In this document: positions 1 through 9,314 of the stretch, piece by piece
How positions within the stretch are numbered: the first letter of the stretch is position 1
Layout: the number at the start of each line of letters is the position of its first letter
The notes under the pieces: generated by a model
Told to the model about the DNA's origin: nothing
Seen by the model: only the letters and a program-made list of their open reading frames with translations
The model's database searches: none
Translations under genes and position numbers: made by a program
DNA from: Candidatus Krumholzibacteriia bacterium
GTDB lineage: Bacteria > Krumholzibacteriota > Krumholzibacteriia > WVZY01
Assembly (NCBI GenBank): GCA_036478295.1
Contig: JAZGDW010000233.1
Location: 1-19,531, forward strand
Length of the DNA: 19,531 nt
Direction: 5' to 3'

Positions 1-740
1 CGAATTTCATTTTCGGGCATGTACATACGGATAAGACGAGGGGTGGGGTCAACCAACTCGAACAGTTCGGTGCTGATGCTCAGGCTCTGACCGTGCTCGA
101 CGAGCCGCTTGGTGATAATACCGTCGAACGGAGCCCGAACCTTTGTATACTCGTATTTCAGGGCCGCCGCGGAAAACTTGTTCTCGGCCAGTTGGTACTG
201 GTACTGGCGATCGGCGAACTCGGTATCGCTGATCACTTTTTTTTCGTGCATCGTCTTGATCCGGTCGAACTCGCGCTTCTGCTGGTCCCGGTTGATCCGG
301 GCTTCGTCCAGCGCGATCTTGAGCTCGCTGTCCTCGACCTGGCAGAGCAACGCGCCCTTGGGAACCACCGCCCCCTCCTCCACGAAGAGCTCTGTCACCT
401 CACCGGCGATCTTGGCCAGGATCTTGACCCTTTTTTCGGGCTCGAGTGTCGCAGTCGTGTAGTAATACGACGATATCTGGCGTGGTTTGACCGTGGCGAC
501 TTCGACGGGGACCGGATCCGGTTCCTTTTTCTTGTCCTTATCGTCCTTTTTGTCCTTTTTGTCGCTTTTTTCATCCCCGCTCGCCGAGTCGCCCTTTGCC
601 ACGCCGGTGCTGTCAGCCGTGCTGTCCGGACCCTCGGCCGCGCCCCCCCTCAACGAGGTCGTAGCGAAGTAACCAACTGTCAATATTGTAATTATAATAA
701 ACCCGATGGCGCCCGCAATCGTTTTTCTTGAACGTGCCAT
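1..740 (-). CDS. Efflux RND transporter periplasmic adaptor (membrane fusion protein), 3' end outside window
   Basis: Absent from the ORF track because it runs off the edge. Manual translation from ATG at 740 (SD-like GGGAGA upstream) gives MARSRKTIAGAIGFIIITILTVGYF..., then PVPVEVATVKPRQI...VKILAKIAGEVTELFVEEGAVVPKGALLCQVED, a coiled-coil stretch, and YTKVRAPFDGIITKRLVEHGQ. This is the split lipoyl-like/hairpin pattern of MFPs. Confidence 0.88.
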   Translation of the reverse strand, partial: MARSRKTIAGAIGFIIITILTVGYFATTSLRGGAAEGPDSTADSTGVAKGDSASGDEKSDKKDKKDDKDKKKEPDPVPVEVATVKPRQISSYYYTTATLEPEKRVKILAKIAGEVTELFVEEGAVVPKGALLCQVEDSELKIALDEARINRDQQKREFDRIKTMHEKKVISDTEFADRQYQYQLAENKFSAAALKYEYTKVRAPFDGIITKRLVEHGQSLSISTELFELVDPTPRLIRMYMPENEI

Positions 741-959
741 GTGTTCTCCCTCTTGGACCGGAAATGTCGTTGGGTGTCGTAGTTAGTACGATGGTGGAGG
801 CGCAAAAGTTTCAGAGCCGTGGGGCTGATACCCAAATATAGGCGGCGGCGCGGCACGGGCAAGCGCATTATTTTCAAGAACATTGGGCCCGGCGTGGCCA
901 AGAAGTGATTGCGGTCCGCCGCTGGTACCGTGTATTTTAATGCACGGAGACGAACCCTT

Positions 960-1760
960 ATGCACTACTACTACCGACGCGACCGCCGGCCCTCCTGGGG
1001 CAACTACTTTTCCAAACGCATTGTCACCAAGCTCATTCTGGCCAATGTGGTCGTGTTTTTTCTCCAGTACCTGTTCGGTTTTCACAGCTTCGTCAAACTC
1101 TTTGGCCTCACGCCGCGGATGGTGGTGCAGCAGCTGTTTTTCTGGCAACCCGTAACCTACATGTTTTTGCACGCGGGTTTTATGCACCTCTTCTTCAACA
1201 TGCTCATGACCTTCTTTCTGGGCAGCGCCGTGGAGTCGGTGTGGGGCGGCCAGAGATTCCTGAAGTACTACATTACATGCGGTCTCGGCGGCGCCCTGTT
1301 CAGTATCGTACTGAGTTATGATGCCACGGTGATAGGCGCCAGCGGCGCGGTGTTCGGTCTTTACCTCGCGTACGCGGTGATGTTTCCCAACAGCTACGTG
1401 TACCTGTACTTTCTCTTCCCCATCAAGGCGAAGTATCTCGTCACGTTTCTCGCCATATTTCAGCTCGCACAGGGCATTGCGGGGCCTTCGGGCATCGCCT
1501 ACTTTGCACATCTCGGCGGCATGGCGGCGGGGCTGATCTATTTCCGACGTGAAATCATGAACACCCGTTTCTGGCTGAGGACTCGCCGCTGGTTCGGCGA
1601 CCGGCAGCAGGCCAAACGGGAGGAGTTTGTATCCCAGGAAGGCACCAAAATCGACTCCATTCTGGACAAGATTGCCACCAAGGGGTACGAGAACTTGAGC
1701 ACTACCGAGAAACGTATCCTCGAGAACTACAGCCGCAAGCAAAAGGAAGACTCCGAATAA
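960..1760 (+). CDS. Rhomboid family intramembrane serine protease with C-terminal DUF6576-like tail
   Basis: Motifs WQPVTYMFLH, HLFFNM, catalytic GASG and AHLGG; C-terminal IDSILDKIATKGYENLSTTEKRIL. ATG 960 chosen because GGAGA lies at 946-950. Confidence 0.92.
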   Translation: MHYYYRRDRRPSWGNYFSKRIVTKLILANVVVFFLQYLFGFHSFVKLFGLTPRMVVQQLFFWQPVTYMFLHAGFMHLFFNMLMTFFLGSAVESVWGGQRFLKYYITCGLGGALFSIVLSYDATVIGASGAVFGLYLAYAVMFPNSYVYLYFLFPIKAKYLVTFLAIFQLAQGIAGPSGIAYFAHLGGMAAGLIYFRREIMNTRFWLRTRRWFGDRQQAKREEFVSQEGTKIDSILDKIATKGYENLSTTEKRILENYSRKQKEDSE

Positions 1761-3160
1761 AAGACAAACCCACCTCAACGCCGTCGGCGGGGTCTTATCG
1801 GGAAGTATGGGATCTTGCCTACCCGGCCATCGTCACCATGGTCTCACAGACCATCATGTGGACCGTGGACTCCGCGATGGTTGGACATGTAGGCAAGACC
1901 GAGCTCGCCGCCGTCGGTCTCGGCGGGTTGATGGTGTTTACGCTCTACTCGTTTTTTATCGGACTGAGCTACAGCATCAACCCATACGTCTCGCAGAGCC
2001 TCGGCGCCAGAAATTATTCCAATTGCTCGCACTACATGTGGCACGGCCTGTACCTGGGAATCGCTTCCGGTGCCATCATTCTGGCCATACGCCATTTCAA
2101 CCCCTGGACCATCGACGTCCTGGGACCGCCCCCGGAAGTGCGCCCGCTGTGCTTGACCTACTCCAGCATCCGCATGCTGAGCGGGCCGTTCTTTATCCTG
2201 CACTATTACTATTCCAATTTCTTTCGCGGCATCGGCAACACGCGGACGCCGATGAAGGTGGCCATCGTCGCCAACCTCACCAACATTGTCATCGATTATT
2301 TCCTGATTTTTGGGAATGGCCCCTTTCCGGCATTGGGGGTGGCCGGCGCGGCGTGGGCGACCTTTATTTCAAACGTATTGTCGGCCTCGATTCTCTGTGT
2401 CATCTCCCTGTCGTCCGCCTACAGGCGACGTTTCGAGACCCACCGGCACTGGCAGCTGCGGCGTGGTAGCATCAGCAAGCTGCTCAAGGTAGGCACACCC
2501 ATCGGTCTCCACTACGTGCTTGACATCGGGAGCTTTCTGGTTTTCTCGGCGTACGTGGGCCGAATCGGCATCGAGGCATTGGCGACCAACCAGATCATTA
2601 TACAGATTCTCGCGCTTTCTTTCATGCCGTGCAACGGGATCGCCGTAGCGGCAACGACGCTCATGGGCCGGTACATCGGCGCCGGCGATCTGCACCTGGC
2701 CAAGAAATCAGGATACCGAGCATTGCACCTGGGGCTAATTCTAACCGGGCTCATCGCGTTGTGCTACCTGCTCTTTCCCGAGTCGCTCATCCGGCTGTTC
2801 AACGACGACCCGACCGTGGTGTACCTGGGGAAACGGATCATACTGCTCGCCGCGCTGTTCCAGCTCTTCGACGGCGTTCAGATCGTCACGAGCGGTTCCC
2901 TTCGCGGCGCCGGTGATACCAAGGTGCCGATGATGCTGGCGTTGGGGGGAGGCTGGTTTCTCTTTCTGCCGTTGGCGTATATCTTCGGCTCGCTGCTTCA
3001 CGGCGGCATCGTGGGCGCCTGGGTCGGCGCGACCATATACGTGGTTTTCCTGGGGGTGGGGATGTTTCTGCGGCTGAAGACCGACCACTGGAAACGGATC
3101 AAACTAGCGGGGATACACGGTCCCGCCCGGGCACCGGAATCCTCTAGCGAGCCTGGGTAA
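1757..3160 (+). CDS. MATE family efflux transporter (start uncertain: ATA 1757 or ATG 1838)
   Basis: Multi-TM protein with MATE motifs VDSAMVGHVG, RGIGNTRTPM, GVAGAAWAT and LRGAGDTKVPM. The frame stays open upstream of ATG 1838 and reads SYREVWDLAYPAIVTM, a typical MATE N-terminal segment. Confidence 0.9.
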   Translation: MKDKPTSTPSAGSYREVWDLAYPAIVTMVSQTIMWTVDSAMVGHVGKTELAAVGLGGLMVFTLYSFFIGLSYSINPYVSQSLGARNYSNCSHYMWHGLYLGIASGAIILAIRHFNPWTIDVLGPPPEVRPLCLTYSSIRMLSGPFFILHYYYSNFFRGIGNTRTPMKVAIVANLTNIVIDYFLIFGNGPFPALGVAGAAWATFISNVLSASILCVISLSSAYRRRFETHRHWQLRRGSISKLLKVGTPIGLHYVLDIGSFLVFSAYVGRIGIEALATNQIIIQILALSFMPCNGIAVAATTLMGRYIGAGDLHLAKKSGYRALHLGLILTGLIALCYLLFPESLIRLFNDDPTVVYLGKRIILLAALFQLFDGVQIVTSGSLRGAGDTKVPMMLALGGGWFLFLPLAYIFGSLLHGGIVGAWVGATIYVVFLGVGMFLRLKTDHWKRIKLAGIHGPARAPESSSEPG

Positions 3161-3662
3161 CCGGGGCTTCCGCCGACAGGGCGATTTCCATGGCCCGTCC
3201 TTCTTCATCACTGAGCTTACGGTGCGCCTCTCCGCCTTTGATCACTACCGCGTAGCTTCGCGTCGATGCCTTGGCGGTCAGGTAGGTCATCACGACGCCG
3301 TTCTTGTGGCTGTCGAGGAGACACATCGAGTAACTCTGCTGCCCGGCAATGTCCTCGAACGCGTCATAACGGACCAACCCCACGTACCTTACGAAGAAAT
3401 GACTTTCCTCGATGTGGGCGGCCATGTTCGTGGCGAGTTCCTCGATACGGGATTCATTCTGCTCGACGAGGCGGAGAACTGCCGGCAGAATCTGGGACGG
3501 GTCATCCGTTTCCGCCCGCAGCCGGCTCAACGGTCCGAGAGTGGACCGTGTTTTCGAGAGCAAAACGATCGAAACCACGACCGCGACCAGACCGAGCACA
3601 AGAGCGGCCAGAAGGAACTGCCCGCTGTGGGCTGCGAGATAGCGAAATACCTCCTGCAGCAT
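3144..3662 (-). CDS. DUF4446-like membrane-anchored protein
   Basis: N-terminal TM helix, coiled coil, then VGLVRYDAFEDIAGQQSYSMCLLDSHKNGVV...RSYA...LSDEE, recalled as the DUF4446 pattern. A G-rich SD precedes ATG 3662. Its 3' end overlaps the convergent MATE gene by 17 bp. Confidence 0.8.
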   Translation of the reverse strand: MLQEVFRYLAAHSGQFLLAALVLGLVAVVVSIVLLSKTRSTLGPLSRLRAETDDPSQILPAVLRLVEQNESRIEELATNMAAHIEESHFFVRYVGLVRYDAFEDIAGQQSYSMCLLDSHKNGVVMTYLTAKASTRSYAVVIKGGEAHRKLSDEEGRAMEIALSAEAPVTQAR

Positions 3663-3701
3663 GTGTTATGTCCCCCCTTTGATTAGTCCAGCGATTTTGG
3701 A

Positions 3702-3730
3702 ATCCTATCCCGCCCGGCGCGAAATTGCAA
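3702..3730 (-). promoter_or_regulatory. Candidate sigma70 promoter for the DUF4446-like gene
   Basis: TTGCAA-17 nt-TAGGAT on the minus strand, about 40 nt upstream of the start codon. Confidence 0.45.
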
Positions 3731-3748
3731 ACAAAAGAATGCCCCGCG

Positions 3749-5233
3749 CTAGTACTTGACGCGGACCGTATAGGTCAGCTCGGCTGTTCCCTTGCGGTCC
3801 ACCGGCACGTCGAAGCGAATGCGGTTGGAGGATTCCTTTTCGAAGTCGTGCGACTTTTCCACTACTTCCCAATCGCTGGGAATCACTTCGACCACCGAAA
3901 CGGTGATGGGTTCCTCTTTGTGATTGCGCAGTTCGACCTTGTACGAGGACTCGTAGAGGTGCCCGCTCTGCAGCACCTTGAAACGGGTCTGGACGCGCTC
4001 GCCGATGACGTCGAAGGCGTCACCCATCTTGACGCGTATGGTCTCGTCCTCCGGCGTGTGGTCAATCCGGTCTTCACCGATGAACTGCAGGTCCTCATCG
4101 TGATCGCGCTTGTAGACACGGACGATGCCCTTCGGCAGCGGCATACCCAGGTTGTTCTCCTTCGAGTTCTCGAACGCCAGAAACACTCCGACCTTGGTGT
4201 CCTTGTCAGGCCCCGACATGGCGGCGAACCAGTAGGGCACGCTGGCCTGGTATACGTACTTTTTCTCGACGGAGGCGTTTTCGGCGCTGAGCAGACTGAT
4301 CTGCTTGGTCTGGTTGTCCTTGATCGTGCTCTTGCGCTGCAGCGTGTAGAGATGGTATTCGAAAAACGCTTTCTCCACGAACTGCGCAGCCGACCGCTTG
4401 GCCGACACCTCGTAGGGCCGAGAGGCCGGATAGAGGCCTCGCTCGGGGCCCGCCCGGTGCACGTCGCCCGCCACCAATTTGATCGAAGCGTCTGGATAGG
4501 TCGCGCCGCTCTCGTTATTTATCGTCACCCATCCCGACAGATCGATTTGCTTGTCGTCCGTGGACAGCACCAGGACATAGTTGCATTTCCAACTGATACC
4601 GCCGGTAAGATAGCTTGCCTCCACCTTGTGCTCGCGGCGGTCGTTGTCCAGCATCCACACGAGGGTCGGCTTCGAGATCAACCCTTCGGGGAGCTCCGGC
4701 AGCAAGACGCGTGCGGACGGGTTGACGGCAATCTTGCCGTCCATCTCGTAGACGTACCCGCCCTGGTCGCCGATCAGGCGCGCGGGCACGACGACTTCCT
4801 TCTTGTTCTTCCACATGACGAGCTCCACGTCGCGGCCGAGGTATTTCTCCATGAGTTTTGCCGGGCTGATGAGGTCGAACTCGAAGTTCTGCTCGAGCAC
4901 GGCGATATGCCCCGGGTGGGTCAGCGATCGTATGTGGACGCTGGTAGGGTCGATCTTCGCGGCGACTCCCTGGAACTTCAGGTCCAGCACCCCCCGGGAC
5001 AGGCGGAGGTCTCGGATATCTTTGACCAGGCCGAGATTACTGTTGTAAATCGTAATGCTGATTGATTCCTGGTCGTCGAGCGTGCTCGTCTGCTCGGGAC
5101 CCTGCGGCGCGGCCCACGCCGGTCCGCCGGTAAGCATCCCCAGCACCAGGATTGCCGAGGTCACGAACACAGAAAAACGCAGCGGGCACAGGCTCACGCT
5201 GAACATCGGTAACAAGATTCTTCGGTCAAACAT
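3749..5233 (-). CDS. DUF4139/DUF4140-type exported protein
   Basis: Signal-peptide-like N-terminus ending AWA-APQ; family-like motifs ITIYNSNLGLVKD, EQNFEFDL, SYLTGGISWKCNY, FFEYHLYTL, LGMPLPKGIVRVY, FIGEDRIDHTP. Confidence 0.8.
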   Translation of the reverse strand: MFDRRILLPMFSVSLCPLRFSVFVTSAILVLGMLTGGPAWAAPQGPEQTSTLDDQESISITIYNSNLGLVKDIRDLRLSRGVLDLKFQGVAAKIDPTSVHIRSLTHPGHIAVLEQNFEFDLISPAKLMEKYLGRDVELVMWKNKKEVVVPARLIGDQGGYVYEMDGKIAVNPSARVLLPELPEGLISKPTLVWMLDNDRREHKVEASYLTGGISWKCNYVLVLSTDDKQIDLSGWVTINNESGATYPDASIKLVAGDVHRAGPERGLYPASRPYEVSAKRSAAQFVEKAFFEYHLYTLQRKSTIKDNQTKQISLLSAENASVEKKYVYQASVPYWFAAMSGPDKDTKVGVFLAFENSKENNLGMPLPKGIVRVYKRDHDEDLQFIGEDRIDHTPEDETIRVKMGDAFDVIGERVQTRFKVLQSGHLYESSYKVELRNHKEEPITVSVVEVIPSDWEVVEKSHDFEKESSNRIRFDVPVDRKGTAELTYTVRVKY

Positions 5234-5394
5234 GACTCACCACCTTGAGAAATCGAGACGGCCGCTTGAAAGGCCAGCGGCGATAGCTATGCATACAATG
5301 CTTTATACAGACAGGGAAAGCGTTAATTCCGCAGCAGCAGGGATCTTTGAGGCATCACAGGGAGGCATGCGACGGGCCCGGCGCGGCAAAGGAC

Positions 5395-5495
5395 GGCGGT
5401 GCGTTGTTGGGGTGGTGACGGAGCCGTTTCGGGTACAGGTGGCGGCGCGTTGTTGGGGTGGTGACGGAGCCGTTGCGGGTACAGGTGGCGGCGCG
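5395..5495. repeat. Tandem duplication, 46-bp unit, about 2.2 copies
   Basis: GCGTTGTTGGGGTGGTGACGGAGCCGTT(T/G)CGGGTACAGGTGGCGGC starts at 5401 and 5447 with one mismatch. Confidence 0.9.
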
Positions 5496-5647
5496 CGGGT
5501 GGGCTGTTGACGGACCCCCATGCGGGAGCGAGCGAGGATCACGCGCCGCAGGCGGGTAGCCGAGCGAAGCGGAGCGCGGGTCAGGAGACAGTCCACCCGC
5601 GCGCCGCCGACAACCGCAGGCGGGTAGCCGAGCGAAGCGAAGCACGG
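5487..5647. repeat. Interleaved inverted and direct repeats (REP/MITE-like)
   Basis: 21-bp inverted repeat at 5487-5507 and 5588-5608 (20/21, the mismatch is G.T). 34-bp direct repeat CCGCAGGCGGGTAGCCGAGCGAAGCG(G/A)AGC(G/A)CGG at 5546-5579 and 5614-5647 (32/34). Confidence 0.75.
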
Positions 5648-5698
5648 CGACGGAGGCAATTCAACAGTGGGCGTCGGGAAGTTTGATGAAATGGAGCC

Positions 5699-5785
5699 TG
5701 GTGCCGAGGGCGGGACTCGAACCCGCACAGACTTTCGTCTACTGCCCCCTCAAGACAGCGTGTCTACCAGTTTCACCACCTCGGC
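5699..5785 (-). tRNA. tRNA-Leu(GAG), CCA encoded
   Basis: Reverse complement folds as GCCGAGG/CCTCGGC acceptor stem, anticodon arm CTGTC-TTGAGGG-GGCAG, long variable arm AGAC-GAAA-GTCT, T-loop TTCGAGT, ending ACCA. The secG-tRNA-Leu(GAG) linkage is widely conserved. Confidence 0.97.
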
Positions 5786-5795
5786 AGGTCGATGA

Positions 5796-6170
5796 TCATT
5801 GCTGCTGCGTGGTATCCGCTGGAACGCTGTCCAGCACGGAGGTTCCCAGGATAGCGTCGATACTCTCGCCGGTCGGGATGATGTTCCCCTCTTGCTGTAT
5901 CGATTGCTGGATGACGCTCCTCGGCCGGCTGGTGGAGCGGTTCGACGTGAGCAACGCGAGCAGCAGCGAGAGCAGCATGAAGGCTACTGCGAGGTACGTC
6001 GTGGCCCTGGTCAGAAACGTGGCCGTCTCGTGTCCGCCGAAAACCGTCTGGTCCCCACCACCGCCGAACGCCCCCGCCAGCCCGCCGCCCTTGCTCGACT
6101 GCATGAGCACGACGATAATCAGCACGAAACAGACCGTAACGTGAATGACCAATACGAGAGTGTAAAGCAA
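5796..6170 (-). CDS. secG: Preprotein translocase subunit SecG
   Basis: Two TM helices flanking VLMQSSKGGGLAGAFGGGG and FLTRATTYLA. TTG start with AAAGGA SD; located after tpiA. Confidence 0.95.
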   Translation of the reverse strand: MLYTLVLVIHVTVCFVLIIVVLMQSSKGGGLAGAFGGGGDQTVFGGHETATFLTRATTYLAVAFMLLSLLLALLTSNRSTSRPRSVIQQSIQQEGNIIPTGESIDAILGTSVLDSVPADTTQQQ

Positions 6171-6196
6171 GTAAGGTGTCCTTTCTCTTTCGGGTC

Positions 6197-6225
6197 AGCC
6201 TAGCAGACCGCTCGTGGAAAGTCAA
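6197..6225 (-). promoter_or_regulatory. Candidate sigma70 promoter for secG-tRNA-Leu
   Basis: TTGACT-17 nt-TAGGCT with an extended -10 TG on the minus strand. Confidence 0.55.
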
Positions 6226-6289
6226 GGCGTCGATTACCCATAACGGCTTACGACATAATTGGTTAGTACGACATGTGGCCCAGCGATTC

Positions 6290-7048
6290 TTACCCCGCCG
6301 CGCGCGCGATGTCTACGAAAGAGTCGACGCTAAGGCTGGCCCCGCCGATCAAGGCGCCATCGATCTCGGCCCTCGCCAGCAGGTCGGCGGCGTTACCGGG
6401 CTTGACGCTGCCCCCATACAGGACGCGCAATCCGTCGGCGGCCTCCACACCGAAGCGCTCACCCACGACGCCACGGATGAAATGGTGCATCGATTCGGCG
6501 TCATTCGGGGTTGCCGTCTTGCCGGTGCCGATGGCCCACACCGGTTCATAGGCGACAACGATCGTGGACAACTGGGCTGCCGTCACGTCACGGAGCGCGA
6601 TATCCAGCTGCTCGCGTACGACCGACTCGGCGTCCCCCGCCTCGCGCTGCTCCAGCTGCTCTCCCACGCACAACACCGCCATCAGTCCGGCTTCGAGCGC
6701 CGCTTTGAGCTTGTTGCAAACCACCTCGTCGCCCTCGCCGATCACGTGCCGGCGCTCCGAATGGCCTACGATCACCCACGTCCCGCCTGCGTCGCGTATC
6801 ATATCGCCCGAAACCTCGCCGGTAAAGGCCCCCTTCTTTTCCCAAAAGACATCCTGGGCACCGAGAGCCACCCGCGTATCCCGCAGAACGGCGGCCAGCG
6901 CGGGCAAGGCGAAGAACGGCGGGAACACCACCATGTCGCACGAAGGCAGCGCGGGGAGCTTTGATTTCAGCTTCGTCCCAAAGGCTTCGGCCTCTGCGAT
7001 GCGCTTTTGCATCTTCCAGTTGGCTGCAATGAGTTTGTTCCGGCTCAT
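6290..7048 (-). CDS. tpiA: Triosephosphate isomerase
   Basis: Motifs AANWKM, GAFTGEVS, VGHSERR, AYEPVWAIGTG, LYGGSVKP, GALIGGASL. Start placed at MSRNKLIAANWK (ATG 7048), giving 252 aa. Confidence 0.97.
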   Translation of the reverse strand: MSRNKLIAANWKMQKRIAEAEAFGTKLKSKLPALPSCDMVVFPPFFALPALAAVLRDTRVALGAQDVFWEKKGAFTGEVSGDMIRDAGGTWVIVGHSERRHVIGEGDEVVCNKLKAALEAGLMAVLCVGEQLEQREAGDAESVVREQLDIALRDVTAAQLSTIVVAYEPVWAIGTGKTATPNDAESMHHFIRGVVGERFGVEAADGLRVLYGGSVKPGNAADLLARAEIDGALIGGASLSVDSFVDIARAAG

Positions 7049-7091
7049 CGGTTCGGGCCCTGAATGACGTGGTTCAGCGGAACGGGAGATA

Positions 7092-8303
7092 CTAACAGGA
7101 TGCTTCGGCGCGGTCGCAAAGCGCCTCGACGCCGGGCAGGTCTTTCCCCTCCATAAACTCCAGCGAAGCGCCGCCACCCGTCGAGATGTGGGTATACCGC
7201 CCACCCAGCCCCATCAGATTGATGGCAGCCACGCTGTCCCCGCCCCCGACAATCGTCGTGGCGTCCCGGGATCCCGCGTCGGCCACCGCTCTGGCTACTT
7301 CTTTCGTGCCGTCGGCGAAGCTCGGTTTTTCAAACACGCCCATGGGGCCGTTCCAGAAAATCGTGCCCGCTTCGGCCAACTCGCTCTTGAACAGAGCCAC
7401 CGACTTGGGTCCGATATCGACACCGATCCAGTCCTCCGGGATATCGGCGATCGAGACTTCGCGGGCCGGTGCAGCGTCGTCGATCGCGCGCGCGATGATG
7501 CAGTCCACCGGCAGGAGGAGGCGTGCTGCGCCGCTGTGGCGTCGGTCGAGCAGCTCTTTGCACATCGTGAGGTATGCATCGTCGACGATGCTCTCACCCG
7601 TCTCGAGACCCGTCGCTTTAAAAAAAGTGAACATCATCCCGCCACCGACCAGCACAACGTCCACCCGGTCCATCAGCGACTTGATGAGATTAATCTTGCC
7701 CTTTATCTTGGCGCCCCCGAGCACCGCCACGAACGGGCGCTTCGGATTCTCGAGAGCATTAGTCAAAGCGTCTATCTCTTTTTCCAGAAGGAATCCGGCC
7801 GAGCGTATGTCGAAATGGTCTGCCACGCCGACCGTGGAGGCGTGAGCGCGATGCGCCGTACCGAACGCATCGTTCACGTAGATGTCCCCCAGCGAGGCGA
7901 GCTCGCTAGCGAAATCCGGGTCATTCGCCTCCTCGCCGGCGTGAAAACGGAGGTTCTCGAGCAGGAGAACTTCCCCTTCCTGCAACGTGTCTACCTTGTG
8001 CTTGACCTCATCACCTGTGCAGTCCTTGACGAACTTGACCGGGTAATTCACGTGCTCCCCTAGTCGGAACGCCGTCGGCGCCAGGCTCAACCGTTCGTCT
8101 CTTCGGCCGCGCGGACGCCCGAGGTGGCTCATGAGAATCAGACGCCCACCGCGGTCCACGATGCTGTTTATCGTCGGCAGCGCAGCGACAATCCGCGTAT
8201 CGTCCGTAATGTTCTTGTTGCGGTCGATAGGAACATTAAAATCAACGCGGGTAAGGACTCTCTTCCCGGACACGTCGCAGTCTCGAATGCTCAGCTTTTT
8301 CAT
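7092..8303 (-). CDS. pgk: Phosphoglycerate kinase
   Basis: Motifs RVDFNVP, SHLGRP, LLENLRF, NDAFGTAHRAHAS, WNGPMGVFE, HISTGGGASLE. Confidence 0.98.
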   Translation of the reverse strand: MKKLSIRDCDVSGKRVLTRVDFNVPIDRNKNITDDTRIVAALPTINSIVDRGGRLILMSHLGRPRGRRDERLSLAPTAFRLGEHVNYPVKFVKDCTGDEVKHKVDTLQEGEVLLLENLRFHAGEEANDPDFASELASLGDIYVNDAFGTAHRAHASTVGVADHFDIRSAGFLLEKEIDALTNALENPKRPFVAVLGGAKIKGKINLIKSLMDRVDVVLVGGGMMFTFFKATGLETGESIVDDAYLTMCKELLDRRHSGAARLLLPVDCIIARAIDDAAPAREVSIADIPEDWIGVDIGPKSVALFKSELAEAGTIFWNGPMGVFEKPSFADGTKEVARAVADAGSRDATTIVGGGDSVAAINLMGLGGRYTHISTGGGASLEFMEGKDLPGVEALCDRAEASC

Positions 8304-8318
8304 ACCGTTCCGTCTTGG

Positions 8319-9314
8319 CTAAACCAGAAGTTTCAACATGTCGACCATACGTGCCGAATATCCGAACTCGTTGTCATACCACGACAGCACCTTGAAAAAA
8401 TCTCCGCCGACGGCCATCGTCGCCAACGCGTCGAAAATCGAAGAATGGGGGTTGCCGATGATGTCCACCGAGACAATCGGATCCTCCGTGTATTCTAGAT
8501 AGCCCTTCAGCGATCCATCCGCCGCGTTCTTCATGGCGGTATTTATCGCATCGACCGATGCGCTTTCCCGGAGCCTCACCGTGAGATCGACCAGTGAGCC
8601 GTTGGCCACCGGTACACGCACTGCCATCCCGTCCAGCCGCCCCTCCAACTCGGGCAGAACCTTGGCCACCGCTTTGGCCGCCCCCGTCGTTGTCGGGATC
8701 ATCGACACGGCGGCCGCGCGGGCCCTGCGCAAATCCTTGTGCGGCAGATCGAGAATCTTCTGGTCATTCGTGTACGCGTGGATCGTCGTCATGAGCCCTT
8801 GCTCGATACCGAAGTTGTCATTGAGTATCTTGGCCACCGGCGCCAGGCAATTGGTCGTGCACGACGCCGTGGACACGAGATGATGCGTCTCCCTGTCGTA
8901 TTTGTGGTGATTCACGCCCATAACAACCATGATGTCTGAATCCTTCGACGGCGCCGAAATCAACACTTTTCGAGCACCCGCCGCCAGATGTTTGGTGGCT
9001 TGCTCTCTGGCGGTAAAGCGACCGGTGGACTCTATGACGATGTCCGCACCCAACTCTTTCCATGGGAGTCTCGCAGGATCGGTCTCGGACAGTACTTCCA
9101 GCTTCGTGTCCCCGACCTTGATGGCGCTACCGGCAACAGAGACCTCGGCCGGGAACCGGCCGTGAACGGAATCGTATTTTAGCAGGTGCGCGAGAATCTC
9201 CGGTTCGGTCAGGTCGTTTACCGCGACGAACTCCAGGTCTGCGTCCCGGAAGCCGTGCCGGAAAACCAGCCTCCCAATCCGGCCAAAGCCGTTGATTGCC
9301 ACTTTGATTGCCAT
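8319..9314 (-). CDS. gap: Type I glyceraldehyde-3-phosphate dehydrogenase
   Basis: Motifs INGFGRIGR, ASCTTNCLAP, PTTTGAAKAV, WYDNEFGY. ATG 9314 is preceded by AGGAGG. Confidence 0.98.
   Translation of the reverse strand: MAIKVAINGFGRIGRLVFRHGFRDADLEFVAVNDLTEPEILAHLLKYDSVHGRFPAEVSVAGSAIKVGDTKLEVLSETDPARLPWKELGADIVIESTGRFTAREQATKHLAAGARKVLISAPSKDSDIMVVMGVNHHKYDRETHHLVSTASCTTNCLAPVAKILNDNFGIEQGLMTTIHAYTNDQKILDLPHKDLRRARAAAVSMIPTTTGAAKAVAKVLPELEGRLDGMAVRVPVANGSLVDLTVRLRESASVDAINTAMKNAADGSLKGYLEYTEDPIVSVDIIGNPHSSIFDALATMAVGGDFFKVLSWYDNEFGYSARMVDMLKLLV

Noticed and set aside
3725..5065. Long plus-strand ORF (446 aa) and similar ORFs such as 93-731(+), 783-1778(-), 7188-8063(+) and 18610-19425(+)
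   Set aside because: These are antisense shadows of well-supported genes in GC-rich DNA, with no recognisable motifs.
5395..5647. Possible CRISPR array
   Set aside because: Only two copies of each repeat, the 46-mer has no spacer, and there are no cas genes in the window.
5303..5728. 141-aa minus-strand ORF with repeated ATCTRNGSVTTP
   Set aside because: It starts inside tRNA-Leu and simply translates the DNA repeats.
7049..7204. Open tpiA frame extending into the pgk 3' end, suggesting a Thermotoga-like PGK-TPI frameshift fusion
   Set aside because: It would need a +1 shift, and no slippery run is visible near the pgk stop. Stop-free stretches of this length are common at this GC content.
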